A stretch of DNA of 64,000 bases from an uncultured Candidatus Saccharibacteria bacterium (GCA_964645245.1 CAZYBS010000002.1:18161-82160); one strand, 5' to 3'. Shown: positions 38,946 to 47,297, numbered from the stretch's first letter. Notes: a model not told the origin generated them from the sequence alone. Numbers and translations are program-made.

Positions 38946-39047
38946 AAAGAACAATCCTTTCTGAGCTCCTAATAGACAAGAGGTTTCTCGTCCTAGGGCT
39001 CTTGAAATTTTCTTTTGCTTTAAAGAAAACTCGGAAGAGCCCAGCGA

Positions 39048-40178
39048 CTACACATATCTACGATCTACTTTTTCCGGGATACGACTCAAAAACTCATAAT
39101 TATTCTGTTTTATGCTCCTGCAGATTTCTTCCAGTTTTATTTCTTTTCCTTTTTGTTTTCCTAAAATAACAACCTCGTCGCCGGCCTTGATGGTTTTTTT
39201 GCTACCGATGTTCACAAAACAATTTGTCATGTTAATTCCGCCGACCAACGGATATTTAACTCCGCCAATTATTACTTTCCCTCCATTTACAAGCCGAGAG
39301 TCAAGGCCATAGGAGTAACCAGGAAGAAGAATAGCAATTCGAGTTTTCCGTTTGGCAATAAACTTTCTTCGATAAAATATGCCCTCACCCTTTTCAAGCT
39401 CTTTAATGCAGGCAATTATGGTTTTGAAAGAAACTACAGGAAACAGGTCTATTGTGCTTTTTCGTCTAGCTTCTAGTGAGGGATAAAAGCCAAAAAGTGA
39501 AATGCCAAGACGCACCATATCGAGAAGGGATTCCGAGAAAAGAAAAGCAGCTTCACTTGAAGCGATGCTCCATAAAGGAATTTTGATTTTCTCTTTTTGA
39601 CAACTTTCTTTAATCGCTATGAAGCGTTTAAATTGGATCTTGTCGAACTTTTTTTCTTCTGTAAAACTACTCAAGACACCTTCGATTTTTATGTTTTTCG
39701 ACTGCGAAACAGCACGTATAAATTTCAAAGCATCTTGATATGGCACACCAAGACGTCCTAAGCCAGTATCAATTTTTATCCACACTCCGCTTCTCATCTT
39801 GAGTTTTCTAGATACACTCTCAAAATTTCTAAGCATGGTATAGGTAAAAATAGTAGGATTAATTTGATTTTTTACGAGCTTTTCCCCATCTTCAAAACTA
39901 TATATTCCGAGGTTCACGATTGGCTTTGTAATTCCACCTTTTCTTAAAGTTATTGCTTCCTTTATTCCCACAACACCAAATACATCTATATATTTTTGAA
40001 GGGTATTGGACACACCCAAAACCCCCAAGCCATATGCATTTGCTTTCAACACCGCCATTATTTTACTTGGTTTGGTTATTCGTTTCATTTGGGCAATGTT
40101 TTTCAACAGATTTGCCTTATTAATTTCTATCCAAACTAATGGTTTTTTAATTTTTCTTTCACTATTTACAATTCTCAT
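39048..40178 (-). CDS. alr: Alanine racemase
   Basis: AVLKANAYGLG PLP lysine motif, KIDTGLGRLG, MVRLGISLFG; ATG at 40178 preferred start. Confidence 0.93.
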   Translation of the reverse strand: MRIVNSERKIKKPLVWIEINKANLLKNIAQMKRITKPSKIMAVLKANAYGLGVLGVSNTLQKYIDVFGVVGIKEAITLRKGGITKPIVNLGIYSFEDGEKLVKNQINPTIFTYTMLRNFESVSRKLKMRSGVWIKIDTGLGRLGVPYQDALKFIRAVSQSKNIKIEGVLSSFTEEKKFDKIQFKRFIAIKESCQKEKIKIPLWSIASSEAAFLFSESLLDMVRLGISLFGFYPSLEARRKSTIDLFPVVSFKTIIACIKELEKGEGIFYRRKFIAKRKTRIAILLPGYSYGLDSRLVNGGKVIIGGVKYPLVGGINMTNCFVNIGSKKTIKAGDEVVILGKQKGKEIKLEEICRSIKQNNYEFLSRIPEKVDRRYV

Positions 40179-40202
40179 TTTTTTATTTTTTAAATTTCTA
40201 AT

Positions 40203-40296
40203 AAACAAAAACCCCTGCCTAAACTTAGGCAGGGGTTAGCTTCAAAAAATAAATTTACGAGCTTAAAGATAACCCACGCCTAAGTTTAGGTGAGTT
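40203..40296 (-). terminator. His-codon-controlled attenuator embedded in the repressor gene 3' end
   Basis: Terminator aacccctgccta-agtt-taggcaggggtt plus U run; in-CDS segment taaacttaggcgtgggtta is 17/19 complementary to the terminator 5' arm. Confidence 0.8.
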
Positions 40297-40662
40297 GTGG
40301 TGATGTGAAGAGACATTAGAAAGGCGAGCGAGGATTAACCTGTACCCGCCGAGCGAGCCGTAGAGCCACTTTGCGATGCGGGCAATGGTGGCGGAAGAGA
40401 GACCGGTAGATTCACTGATTGCATTATATTGCACGTCATTGGCAAGGAGCCGGGCGGCTTCAAATCTGTTTGTGAATTCTTTGATTTCCGCCGGTGTCAT
40501 CAAATCGCGAAGAAAACGCTTGGTCTCATCGGCATTTTTGAGCTCCAAAATTCCAGCAATTAATTGCCTGTTTTCCTTAGTATTCCAGTCCATATCCGGG
40601 CCAATTTCTTGTATTAGCCGTACGGTTCTTATGGATGTATTTTTATTCATTCCTTTACTCAT
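40255..40662 (-). CDS. YerC/YecD (TrpR-family, HisR-like) repressor with C-terminal His-His-His extension
   Basis: RFLRDLMT.AEI...RFEAARLL...Y..I...TGLSSATIARIAKWL...GGY; tail SSHHHNSPKLRRGLSLSS. Confidence 0.9.
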   Translation of the reverse strand: MSKGMNKNTSIRTVRLIQEIGPDMDWNTKENRQLIAGILELKNADETKRFLRDLMTPAEIKEFTNRFEAARLLANDVQYNAISESTGLSSATIARIAKWLYGSLGGYRLILARLSNVSSHHHNSPKLRRGLSLSS

Positions 40663-40667
40663 ACAGC

Positions 40668-40705
40668 TACTTTAGCAGACTAAAGTACTTTAGTCAAGTA
40701 AAGTA
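40668..40705. promoter_or_regulatory. Tandem operator covering the promoter of the YerC/HisR-like gene
   Basis: Two TACTTTA-N6-TAAAGTA palindromes covering TTGACT-N17-TAAAGT on the minus strand, 6 nt before the ATG. Confidence 0.85.
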
Positions 40706-40716
40706 GCTAGGGGAGG

Positions 40717-40725
40717 TGTGGATAA
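40717..40725 (-). promoter_or_regulatory. Perfect DnaA box
   Basis: TGTGGATAA, which is TTATCCACA on the minus strand. Confidence 0.6.
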
Positions 40726-40781
40726 CTTATTATATCCCTAATTCGCGCGAATGAGCCTATACTTATTGCAAGTAATTGATA

Positions 40782-41363
40782 TTAGGCAGGGAATTTGCCT
40801 TCAAAGATTATTTCTTCCAGGGGCTTTCGGTTGCTTGGGGTCTCGCGGGCGCGGAGGTCTTCTGGCAGGTCTTCAATTTTTCCAGGTTTGCCGACAGCAA
40901 TCATCATTTCTACATTGTAATCGTCGGGGACGCCTAGCTTTTCCTTCGCCATTTTATAATCAAATCCTTCCATACCGTGAGCAACGAGTCCCATAGTTTG
41001 CGCCTGGAGAGCCAAATTTTCCCAAGCAGATCCAGAGTCAAAGGAGTGAGTGATGGAGAATTTTCCACTAGTGCTTGTTTTTTTGGAAATCGTTACGATC
41101 AACGCTCCAGCATTTTTGCACCAATCTTTATTAAATTGCACAAGAAAGGAAAATAAATTCTCAAATTCCGGCGTATCCCGCATAGCATATATAAATCTCC
41201 ACGGCTGGGCATTGTAAGAAGACGGCGCCCAGCGGGCGGCCTCAAAAAGAGTTATCAGTTCTTCTTTGGAAATTTTTTCTCCCGACATCGCCCTCGGCGA
41301 ATGCCTTTTAAGAAACATGTCGTCAATGGGGTATTCTGTTGTCCTTCCGTTTACTGTTTTCAT
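40782..41363 (-). CDS. Nitroreductase family protein
   Basis: RHSPRA, AARWAPSSYNAQPWRF, HGMEGFD. Confidence 0.95.
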   Translation of the reverse strand: MKTVNGRTTEYPIDDMFLKRHSPRAMSGEKISKEELITLFEAARWAPSSYNAQPWRFIYAMRDTPEFENLFSFLVQFNKDWCKNAGALIVTISKKTSTSGKFSITHSFDSGSAWENLALQAQTMGLVAHGMEGFDYKMAKEKLGVPDDYNVEMMIAVGKPGKIEDLPEDLRARETPSNRKPLEEIIFEGKFPA

Positions 41364-41377
41364 CTATCCAGTATACA

Positions 41378-44098
41378 CTACCTGTCAAGTAGAAATTTCT
41401 CTATTATCTTCCCATCTCTTTTGAGCCAGGCGATGTTGCCTTCTAGGCGTTCTAGGACCTGGTCTATTGCGCGCTTGGCGCCGGGGGCTTCGTGGGTGGC
41501 GAAAAATTTTTTGAAAGATTTTAGGTGTTTTTCTTCGGCGCTGCCACCGATGGTTTTGATTAAACGTGCCAAGTGATGTCCGCCTTCACCATAGCGGGAG
41601 ACGAGAGTTTTCCAATTTTTACTTATGGAAGACCACCAGATATCGCGCCCGGGGGGGTTTGAGGCTACGGAAGAGAGGATGCCGACTGTATCTTGTATGC
41701 GCACATCTTTTGAGAAGGCAAAATGGGTTACTTCGCACAACACTTTATCTTGCGTGAAGTCCCCCAATGCATTTCCGATTCGGTTTTTTTCTTCGTGGAG
41801 AGTTTCTTTTTTATACCTCGCCACAAGGGCTCGGTATTCCTTCATTCCGCCGTGTGTGGCGATGATAGAATACACGGCTCCGCGGATGTCTGGGTGAATA
41901 TGGCCTGTCCTGAATTTATTTTTTGCTTCTTTAATTATTTTTTTATCACCGGCTCTGCCGGCGCGAGAGATGGCAAGGGAACGCAAAAGGGCATCTGTAT
42001 GAGTTTCTTTTGGTTTTTTGTTCCAGCCCAATTTATGCGCAAGAGGGGAAAATAATTCAAGAATAAGCTTTTCCAGTTGTTTTCCCGCTTTCTGCGGGAC
42101 CCCGCCAACGGCGGTGGTTGCCATTATTTGTTCCAAGCGGGCAAGCCCGCTTGCGAGTTCCACCCACACGGTGTAATTGTCTTCTTTTTTATAAGCATCT
42201 AAAAATTCCAAGGCATCGGTGGTGGGAATTGTACCTGCTTCGGCCAGGGCAAAAAGGTCACGAATGATGCCGAGCCTGTCGCGAGGAGATAATATTTTCT
42301 TTTCTACTGGCATTTTTAATTTTTCTAAAAGTTTTCCGGAATAAGCCGTCCGATAAAATCCAGCTTCGCCAAAATTTATTTTTAACCAGTTTGTGCCCCT
42401 CGTTGCAGGCACACTTTTTAGAAAGCCTTGCGCAGGCGGGTAGCCGAGCAGTTCGCTCCCAAAGCTTTGGGAGATAGATTGCTTTATAAAAAGTTGTGCC
42501 AAGAAAGAGGGGCGAAATTGCGACGAGTTTTGGCTTTTTATAGATATCGGTATTTGCCAGGTAGTTTTATCCCCTCCACGGCGGGCAAGTTTGGATTTCT
42601 TCTTTGATATCGGACTGGCGAAGAATCTTTCTTGAGACAAAAGAATTTTATTATTTTTTATTTTAGCTTTTATGACCGGGTAGCCACCTTTGCTCGTCCA
42701 ATTGTGCATTATCTTGGCCACGGGTTTCTTGGAAACTTTCTCAAAAGCCTGCCAGAGATGCACCGTTTCGGTATTTCTATAACTATGCTTTTTTAAATAA
42801 TAGCGTAGTCCATCACGAAAATCTTTTTCACCCAAATAGTCGGCCAGCATACGAATAATACATGCTCCTTTGGAATATGATACTTCATCAAAAATCTCGC
42901 CAATTTCATCCGGATGATGCACAGGTATTTCTATCGGATGCGTATGGAGAAGTCCGTCTAACTGTAATGCTCTGCCAAGTTCGTTGGTAGAGAACTGCGT
43001 CCAAATATCCCACTTTGGAAAAAGTTTATCAACCGCCAAGTATTCTATGTATGAAGCAAAACCCTCATTAAGCCATAAATGCGTCCACCACTCCATCGTT
43101 ACCAAATTGCCGAACCATTGATGAGCCATCTCATGGGTGATAACTAATGCCACCCATTGTTTGTTTGAGGCGGAAGAATGCTCTTCATCCACAAGAAGCG
43201 TGCTCTCGCGGTAAGTAATTGCGCCCCAATTCTCCATCGCCCCGGAAGCAAGGTCCGGAATAGCTATCATGTCCAGAGTATTGAGTGGATAGGCAATATC
43301 AAAATATCTTTCATAAAAGTCTAGAGTCTTGACCGCGCACTCCAAGGCAAATCTTGCCTGATGTTTTTTGCCCGGGGTGGTGTAAACCCGCACCCTGACC
43401 CCCTCGCCCTTGGCACTCCCCCTTCGCAGGGGGAGAGGGAACCCTCCCCTCCTTTTTGAGGAGGGGTTTGGGGTGGTTGCTTCTATATATTCAAAGTCTC
43501 CCGCAATGAAAGCAAGAAGGTAAGTGGACATTTTTGGCGTGGGAAGGAATTTTACAATTTCAAATCCGGCTTCGTGTTCTTGCACGGATGCGGGCAAAGT
43601 ATTAGAAATAACCGTTTTGCCCTTCGGAATAACCATTGATATATGAAATATCGCTTTTTGGGCGGGCTCATCAAAGCAGGGGAAAGCCCGGCGCGCGTCG
43701 GTCGCTTCAAATTGGGTGGTTGCCATATATTGCTCTTTCCCATTAAGAAAATATTTACTCTTATAAAATCCGCGCATTTTATCATTGAGTATTCCCTTAA
43801 AGACAAGAGTTAATTTAACTTTGCTAGTTGGAATAATTTTAGGAAAAAGAAAAGTTACTGTTTCGTTTTTTTCATTATAAGAAATTTTTGCATATACTTT
43901 ATTTCTTCCAGCCATTATCTCAGCAGTTTCTATCTCAAGTTCTTTAGAGTGCAGAATCAGTATTTTCGTCTTTTTTAAGATATTTAGGGTTATTATTTCG
44001 CTACCCTCAAAAGTGAAGTTTTTTAAATCCGGGCGTAATTGGATATCGTACTTAATTGGAACAACATTTTTTGAAAGGCGGACATTTCTATTTTTCAT
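41378..44098 (-). CDS. M1 family aminopeptidase (puromycin-sensitive/PepN-like) with several palindrome-derived inserts
   Basis: GAMENWG, HEMAH-x18-E (WLNEGFA), YSKG. Confidence 0.96.
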   Translation of the reverse strand: MKNRNVRLSKNVVPIKYDIQLRPDLKNFTFEGSEIITLNILKKTKILILHSKELEIETAEIMAGRNKVYAKISYNEKNETVTFLFPKIIPTSKVKLTLVFKGILNDKMRGFYKSKYFLNGKEQYMATTQFEATDARRAFPCFDEPAQKAIFHISMVIPKGKTVISNTLPASVQEHEAGFEIVKFLPTPKMSTYLLAFIAGDFEYIEATTPNPSSKRRGGFPLPLRRGSAKGEGVRVRVYTTPGKKHQARFALECAVKTLDFYERYFDIAYPLNTLDMIAIPDLASGAMENWGAITYRESTLLVDEEHSSASNKQWVALVITHEMAHQWFGNLVTMEWWTHLWLNEGFASYIEYLAVDKLFPKWDIWTQFSTNELGRALQLDGLLHTHPIEIPVHHPDEIGEIFDEVSYSKGACIIRMLADYLGEKDFRDGLRYYLKKHSYRNTETVHLWQAFEKVSKKPVAKIMHNWTSKGGYPVIKAKIKNNKILLSQERFFASPISKKKSKLARRGGDKTTWQIPISIKSQNSSQFRPSFLAQLFIKQSISQSFGSELLGYPPAQGFLKSVPATRGTNWLKINFGEAGFYRTAYSGKLLEKLKMPVEKKILSPRDRLGIIRDLFALAEAGTIPTTDALEFLDAYKKEDNYTVWVELASGLARLEQIMATTAVGGVPQKAGKQLEKLILELFSPLAHKLGWNKKPKETHTDALLRSLAISRAGRAGDKKIIKEAKNKFRTGHIHPDIRGAVYSIIATHGGMKEYRALVARYKKETLHEEKNRIGNALGDFTQDKVLCEVTHFAFSKDVRIQDTVGILSSVASNPPGRDIWWSSISKNWKTLVSRYGEGGHHLARLIKTIGGSAEEKHLKSFKKFFATHEAPGAKRAIDQVLERLEGNIAWLKRDGKIIEKFLLDR

Positions 44099-44120
44099 AA
44101 AGAAATGTTAGCATATAAGC

Positions 44121-44870
44121 ATGGAAACGGAAAGTTATAAAATCAAGACCAGTCTTTTTGAGGGGCCATTTGGGCTACTTTTAAATTTGGTGGAAAAAAG
44201 AAAACTCTTTATAAATGATCTTTCTCTGGCGGAGGTCACAGAAGATTACTTGAAATATATAAATAGCCTGGGAAAACTGCCTCCCGAGGAAGCGTCCAGT
44301 TTTTTGGTTGTGGCTTCCACGCTTCTTTTAATTAAATCAAAGTCGCTTTTGCCGAATCTGGACTTAACTGACGAAGAAAAAGGCGATATTCAAAATTTAG
44401 AAGAGAGATTACGTTTATATGAACTTTTTACAAAATTGGGAGGTAATATAAAAAATAGTTTTGGCAAGAAAATAATTTTTGCTCCGCTGGAGCGGAAAAA
44501 CGATGTCTTGATATTTTTGCCAGATGAACAGATTACACAAAAATCCATGATGACTTTCGCCCGGAGCGCGCTGGGAGCAATGCCGAAAAAAGTAATGCTC
44601 CCGAAAGTGGAGGTGAAAAAAGTAATCAGCATAGAAGAGATGCTGGATAGACTAGTGAGCAGAATAAAAGACACTCTCAAGATGAGCTTTAGGGAATTCG
44701 CGGGCCATGGCAGAGGCGGCAAAGAAGAGAAAGTGGTTATGATTGTCGGCTTTCTGGCAATGCTGGAGCTTGTCCGGCAGGGAATAATTCACGCTATGCA
44801 AGAGAGTGATTCCGGAGACATTTTTCTTGAAAAAGTGGAAGAGAATTACGAATTAAAAATTACGAATTAG
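44121..44870 (+). CDS. scpA: Segregation and condensation protein A
   Basis: FEGPFGLLL.LV, IKSKSLLP, FLAMLELV. Confidence 0.95.
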   Translation: METESYKIKTSLFEGPFGLLLNLVEKRKLFINDLSLAEVTEDYLKYINSLGKLPPEEASSFLVVASTLLLIKSKSLLPNLDLTDEEKGDIQNLEERLRLYELFTKLGGNIKNSFGKKIIFAPLERKNDVLIFLPDEQITQKSMMTFARSALGAMPKKVMLPKVEVKKVISIEEMLDRLVSRIKDTLKMSFREFAGHGRGGKEEKVVMIVGFLAMLELVRQGIIHAMQESDSGDIFLEKVEENYELKITN

Positions 44871-44872
44871 AA

Positions 44873-45424
44873 ATGGAAATAGAAAAGCAGATAGAAGCAA
44901 TATTATTTTGGAAAGGAGAGCCGATTTCACGAAAAAAACTCGGAGAAATTTTAAAAGTGGGCCAGACCGAAATAAATGATGGTATTGAAAAGCTTAAGGA
45001 AAATTTGAAAGAGAGAGGAATAGTGCTGATAGAAAAAGAAAACGAGATTGCGCTCGGTACCGCTCCGGAGCATTCTCGTCTGATAGAGCATTTACAAAAA
45101 GAAGAATTAAATAAAGAGCTTTCAAAGGCCAGCTTGGAAACATTATCTATTGTTCTTTACAAAAACGGGGCGAACAGAGCAGAAATTGATTACATTAGGG
45201 GAGTAAACTCTAGTTTCACTTTGCGTGCGTTATCTGTGCGTGGACTGATAGAAAAAATTCTGGACCCGAAAGACGCGAGACGCTATATCTATAAACCAAG
45301 TTTTGAGCTTTTGTCTTATATGGGCATAAAATCCATAGAGGAGTTGCCGGATTACGGCGAGGTTAGTGACTCTATTGATATTGCGGCACAAAATTTAGAG
45401 GAAGAAAATAAAAGAGAAAATTAA
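44873..45424 (+). CDS. scpB: Segregation and condensation protein B
   Basis: IEAILF, LSKASLETL, RAEIDYIRGVNS. Confidence 0.95.
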   Translation: MEIEKQIEAILFWKGEPISRKKLGEILKVGQTEINDGIEKLKENLKERGIVLIEKENEIALGTAPEHSRLIEHLQKEELNKELSKASLETLSIVLYKNGANRAEIDYIRGVNSSFTLRALSVRGLIEKILDPKDARRYIYKPSFELLSYMGIKSIEELPDYGEVSDSIDIAAQNLEEENKREN

Positions 45425-45463
45425 TTAATGTTCCAAAGTTCGTTAGAACATTAGAATAAAGAT

Positions 45464-47188
45464 ATGAGTAATATTAGCGAAAAGAGAATATGTACAAATT
45501 GTCGTGGCGAATTTATTATTGAGCCGGATGATTTTGGATTTTATCAGAAAATCAAAGTCCCTCCGCCGACTTTTTGCCCGGAATGCCGATTTCAGCGGCG
45601 ACTAATGTTTAGAAACGAGCGAAGTTTTTACAAAAGGAAATGCGATTTATGCGAAAAGGATATTATCGCATCATATCCTTCCAACACAGCTTTTCCAGTT
45701 TATTGCGTGAAGTGCTGGTGGAGCGATAAGTGGGACCCAACGGGTTATGGTAAGGATTTTAATTTCTCGCGTCCATTTTTTGGACAGTTTAAGGAACTTT
45801 TGCTTCGTGTCCCAGTGCTTTCAATAATGAATGATGATGGCGTGGGAAGCGTAAACTCCGAGTGGTCATATGATTGGGCATTTAGCAAGAATTGTTATCT
45901 TGGAGCGTGCGGCTGGCATGTGCAGAATGGCGCCTATATGTATAATGCGAATTATGATAAGGACGTGGTGGATATCTGGAGTGTAACTAATTCCGAACTT
46001 GTCTATGAGGGTGTTACTTGTGATAACTGCTACAACATAAAATACTGCACTTTGTGTTTTAACTCAAATCACTGTACGCTTGGTTTTGATCTCCGGGGAT
46101 GTTCGGATTGTACAATGTGCGTTGGGCTTCGAAGCGTAAAATATTGCATTCTCAATCAACAGTATTCAAAAGAAGAGTATGAACAAAAAGTGAAAGAATT
46201 GCATCTTGAAAGCCGAAAATCACTTGAGGCGCATATGAAAGAATTTCAAGAGTTAGTTCTTAAGATTCCACGGAAATTCGCATACAATAGTAAAACAATT
46301 AATTCAACAGGCAACAATCTTATTGAGGTGAAAATGTCCAAGGATTGTTTTTTTATCATCGGTCCGACGGAAAATTCACGATTCGTTGTTGTGAATGATA
46401 GGGCTAAAGATTGTTATGACCTTAACAATACTGGCAATACAGAACTATGTTATGAATCAGTTACGCCAGATAACTCGCGCGGAAATAAAAGCACAATATT
46501 TTGCTGGAAATGTGTTGAGGCGGAATATTCAAATAATTGCCATTCCTGTATAAGTGTATTTGGTTCCAGCGGCCTCAAGCACACTTCATATGCAATTCTC
46601 AATAAGCGATATTCCAAAGAAGACTATGTTTCACTTCGCGCGCGTATAATTGAGCACATGAAAACGACGGGTGAATGGGGCGAGTTTTTCCCTCATACAA
46701 TAAGCCCCTTTGCCTACAACGAAACAGCGGCGCTTGAGTGGTTTCCATTGACCAAAGAGAAAGCAATAGCCAAGGGATATTGTTGGAAAGATAACGAAAA
46801 AAGAAACTACATCCCAACCAAAACTATTTCTAATCTTCCAGACACTATTCAAGGGGTTGATGATAATTTTTTAAATGAGATTTTTGAGTGTGCACATAAA
46901 GGTAAATGTGATGAAAGGTGTACTGAAGCATTTCGAATTATTCCCCGGGAACTTCAATTTTACCGTAGAATGAATATTCCTCTTCCTGTGTTGTGCCCTA
47001 ACTGCCGGCATTATCAAAGATTTAAGATTAAAAATCCACCACGACTCTGGCACAGGCAATGTATGTGCGACAAAGAAAATCATTTTCACGGGGCCGGGAA
47101 GTGTCAAGTAGAATTTGAAACAAGCTATGCACCAGACCGGCCGGAGATTGTGTATTGCGAGAAATGCTACCAGCAAGAAGTGTACTGA
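45464..47188 (+). CDS. Cys-rich repeat protein, paralogue 5
   Basis: Same family motifs; ends YCEKCYQQEVY. Confidence 0.9.
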   Translation: MSNISEKRICTNCRGEFIIEPDDFGFYQKIKVPPPTFCPECRFQRRLMFRNERSFYKRKCDLCEKDIIASYPSNTAFPVYCVKCWWSDKWDPTGYGKDFNFSRPFFGQFKELLLRVPVLSIMNDDGVGSVNSEWSYDWAFSKNCYLGACGWHVQNGAYMYNANYDKDVVDIWSVTNSELVYEGVTCDNCYNIKYCTLCFNSNHCTLGFDLRGCSDCTMCVGLRSVKYCILNQQYSKEEYEQKVKELHLESRKSLEAHMKEFQELVLKIPRKFAYNSKTINSTGNNLIEVKMSKDCFFIIGPTENSRFVVVNDRAKDCYDLNNTGNTELCYESVTPDNSRGNKSTIFCWKCVEAEYSNNCHSCISVFGSSGLKHTSYAILNKRYSKEDYVSLRARIIEHMKTTGEWGEFFPHTISPFAYNETAALEWFPLTKEKAIAKGYCWKDNEKRNYIPTKTISNLPDTIQGVDDNFLNEIFECAHKGKCDERCTEAFRIIPRELQFYRRMNIPLPVLCPNCRHYQRFKIKNPPRLWHRQCMCDKENHFHGAGKCQVEFETSYAPDRPEIVYCEKCYQQEVY

Positions 47189-47258
47189 TATCTCTAATTC
47201 CTGCCAGAGGCAGGCAAACGCGCCTGTCCGCCTTTGGTGGAAATAGGCGAATGGTTAT
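47189..47258. repeat. Intergenic repeat interrupted by two REP-like palindromes
   Basis: Aligns with the uninterrupted copy at 36037..36070; carries cctgccagaggcagg and cctgtccgcctttggtgga. Confidence 0.65.
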
Positions 47259-47297
47259 ATATGTATAAGATTTCTGCATATGCGGATTTTCTGTACA

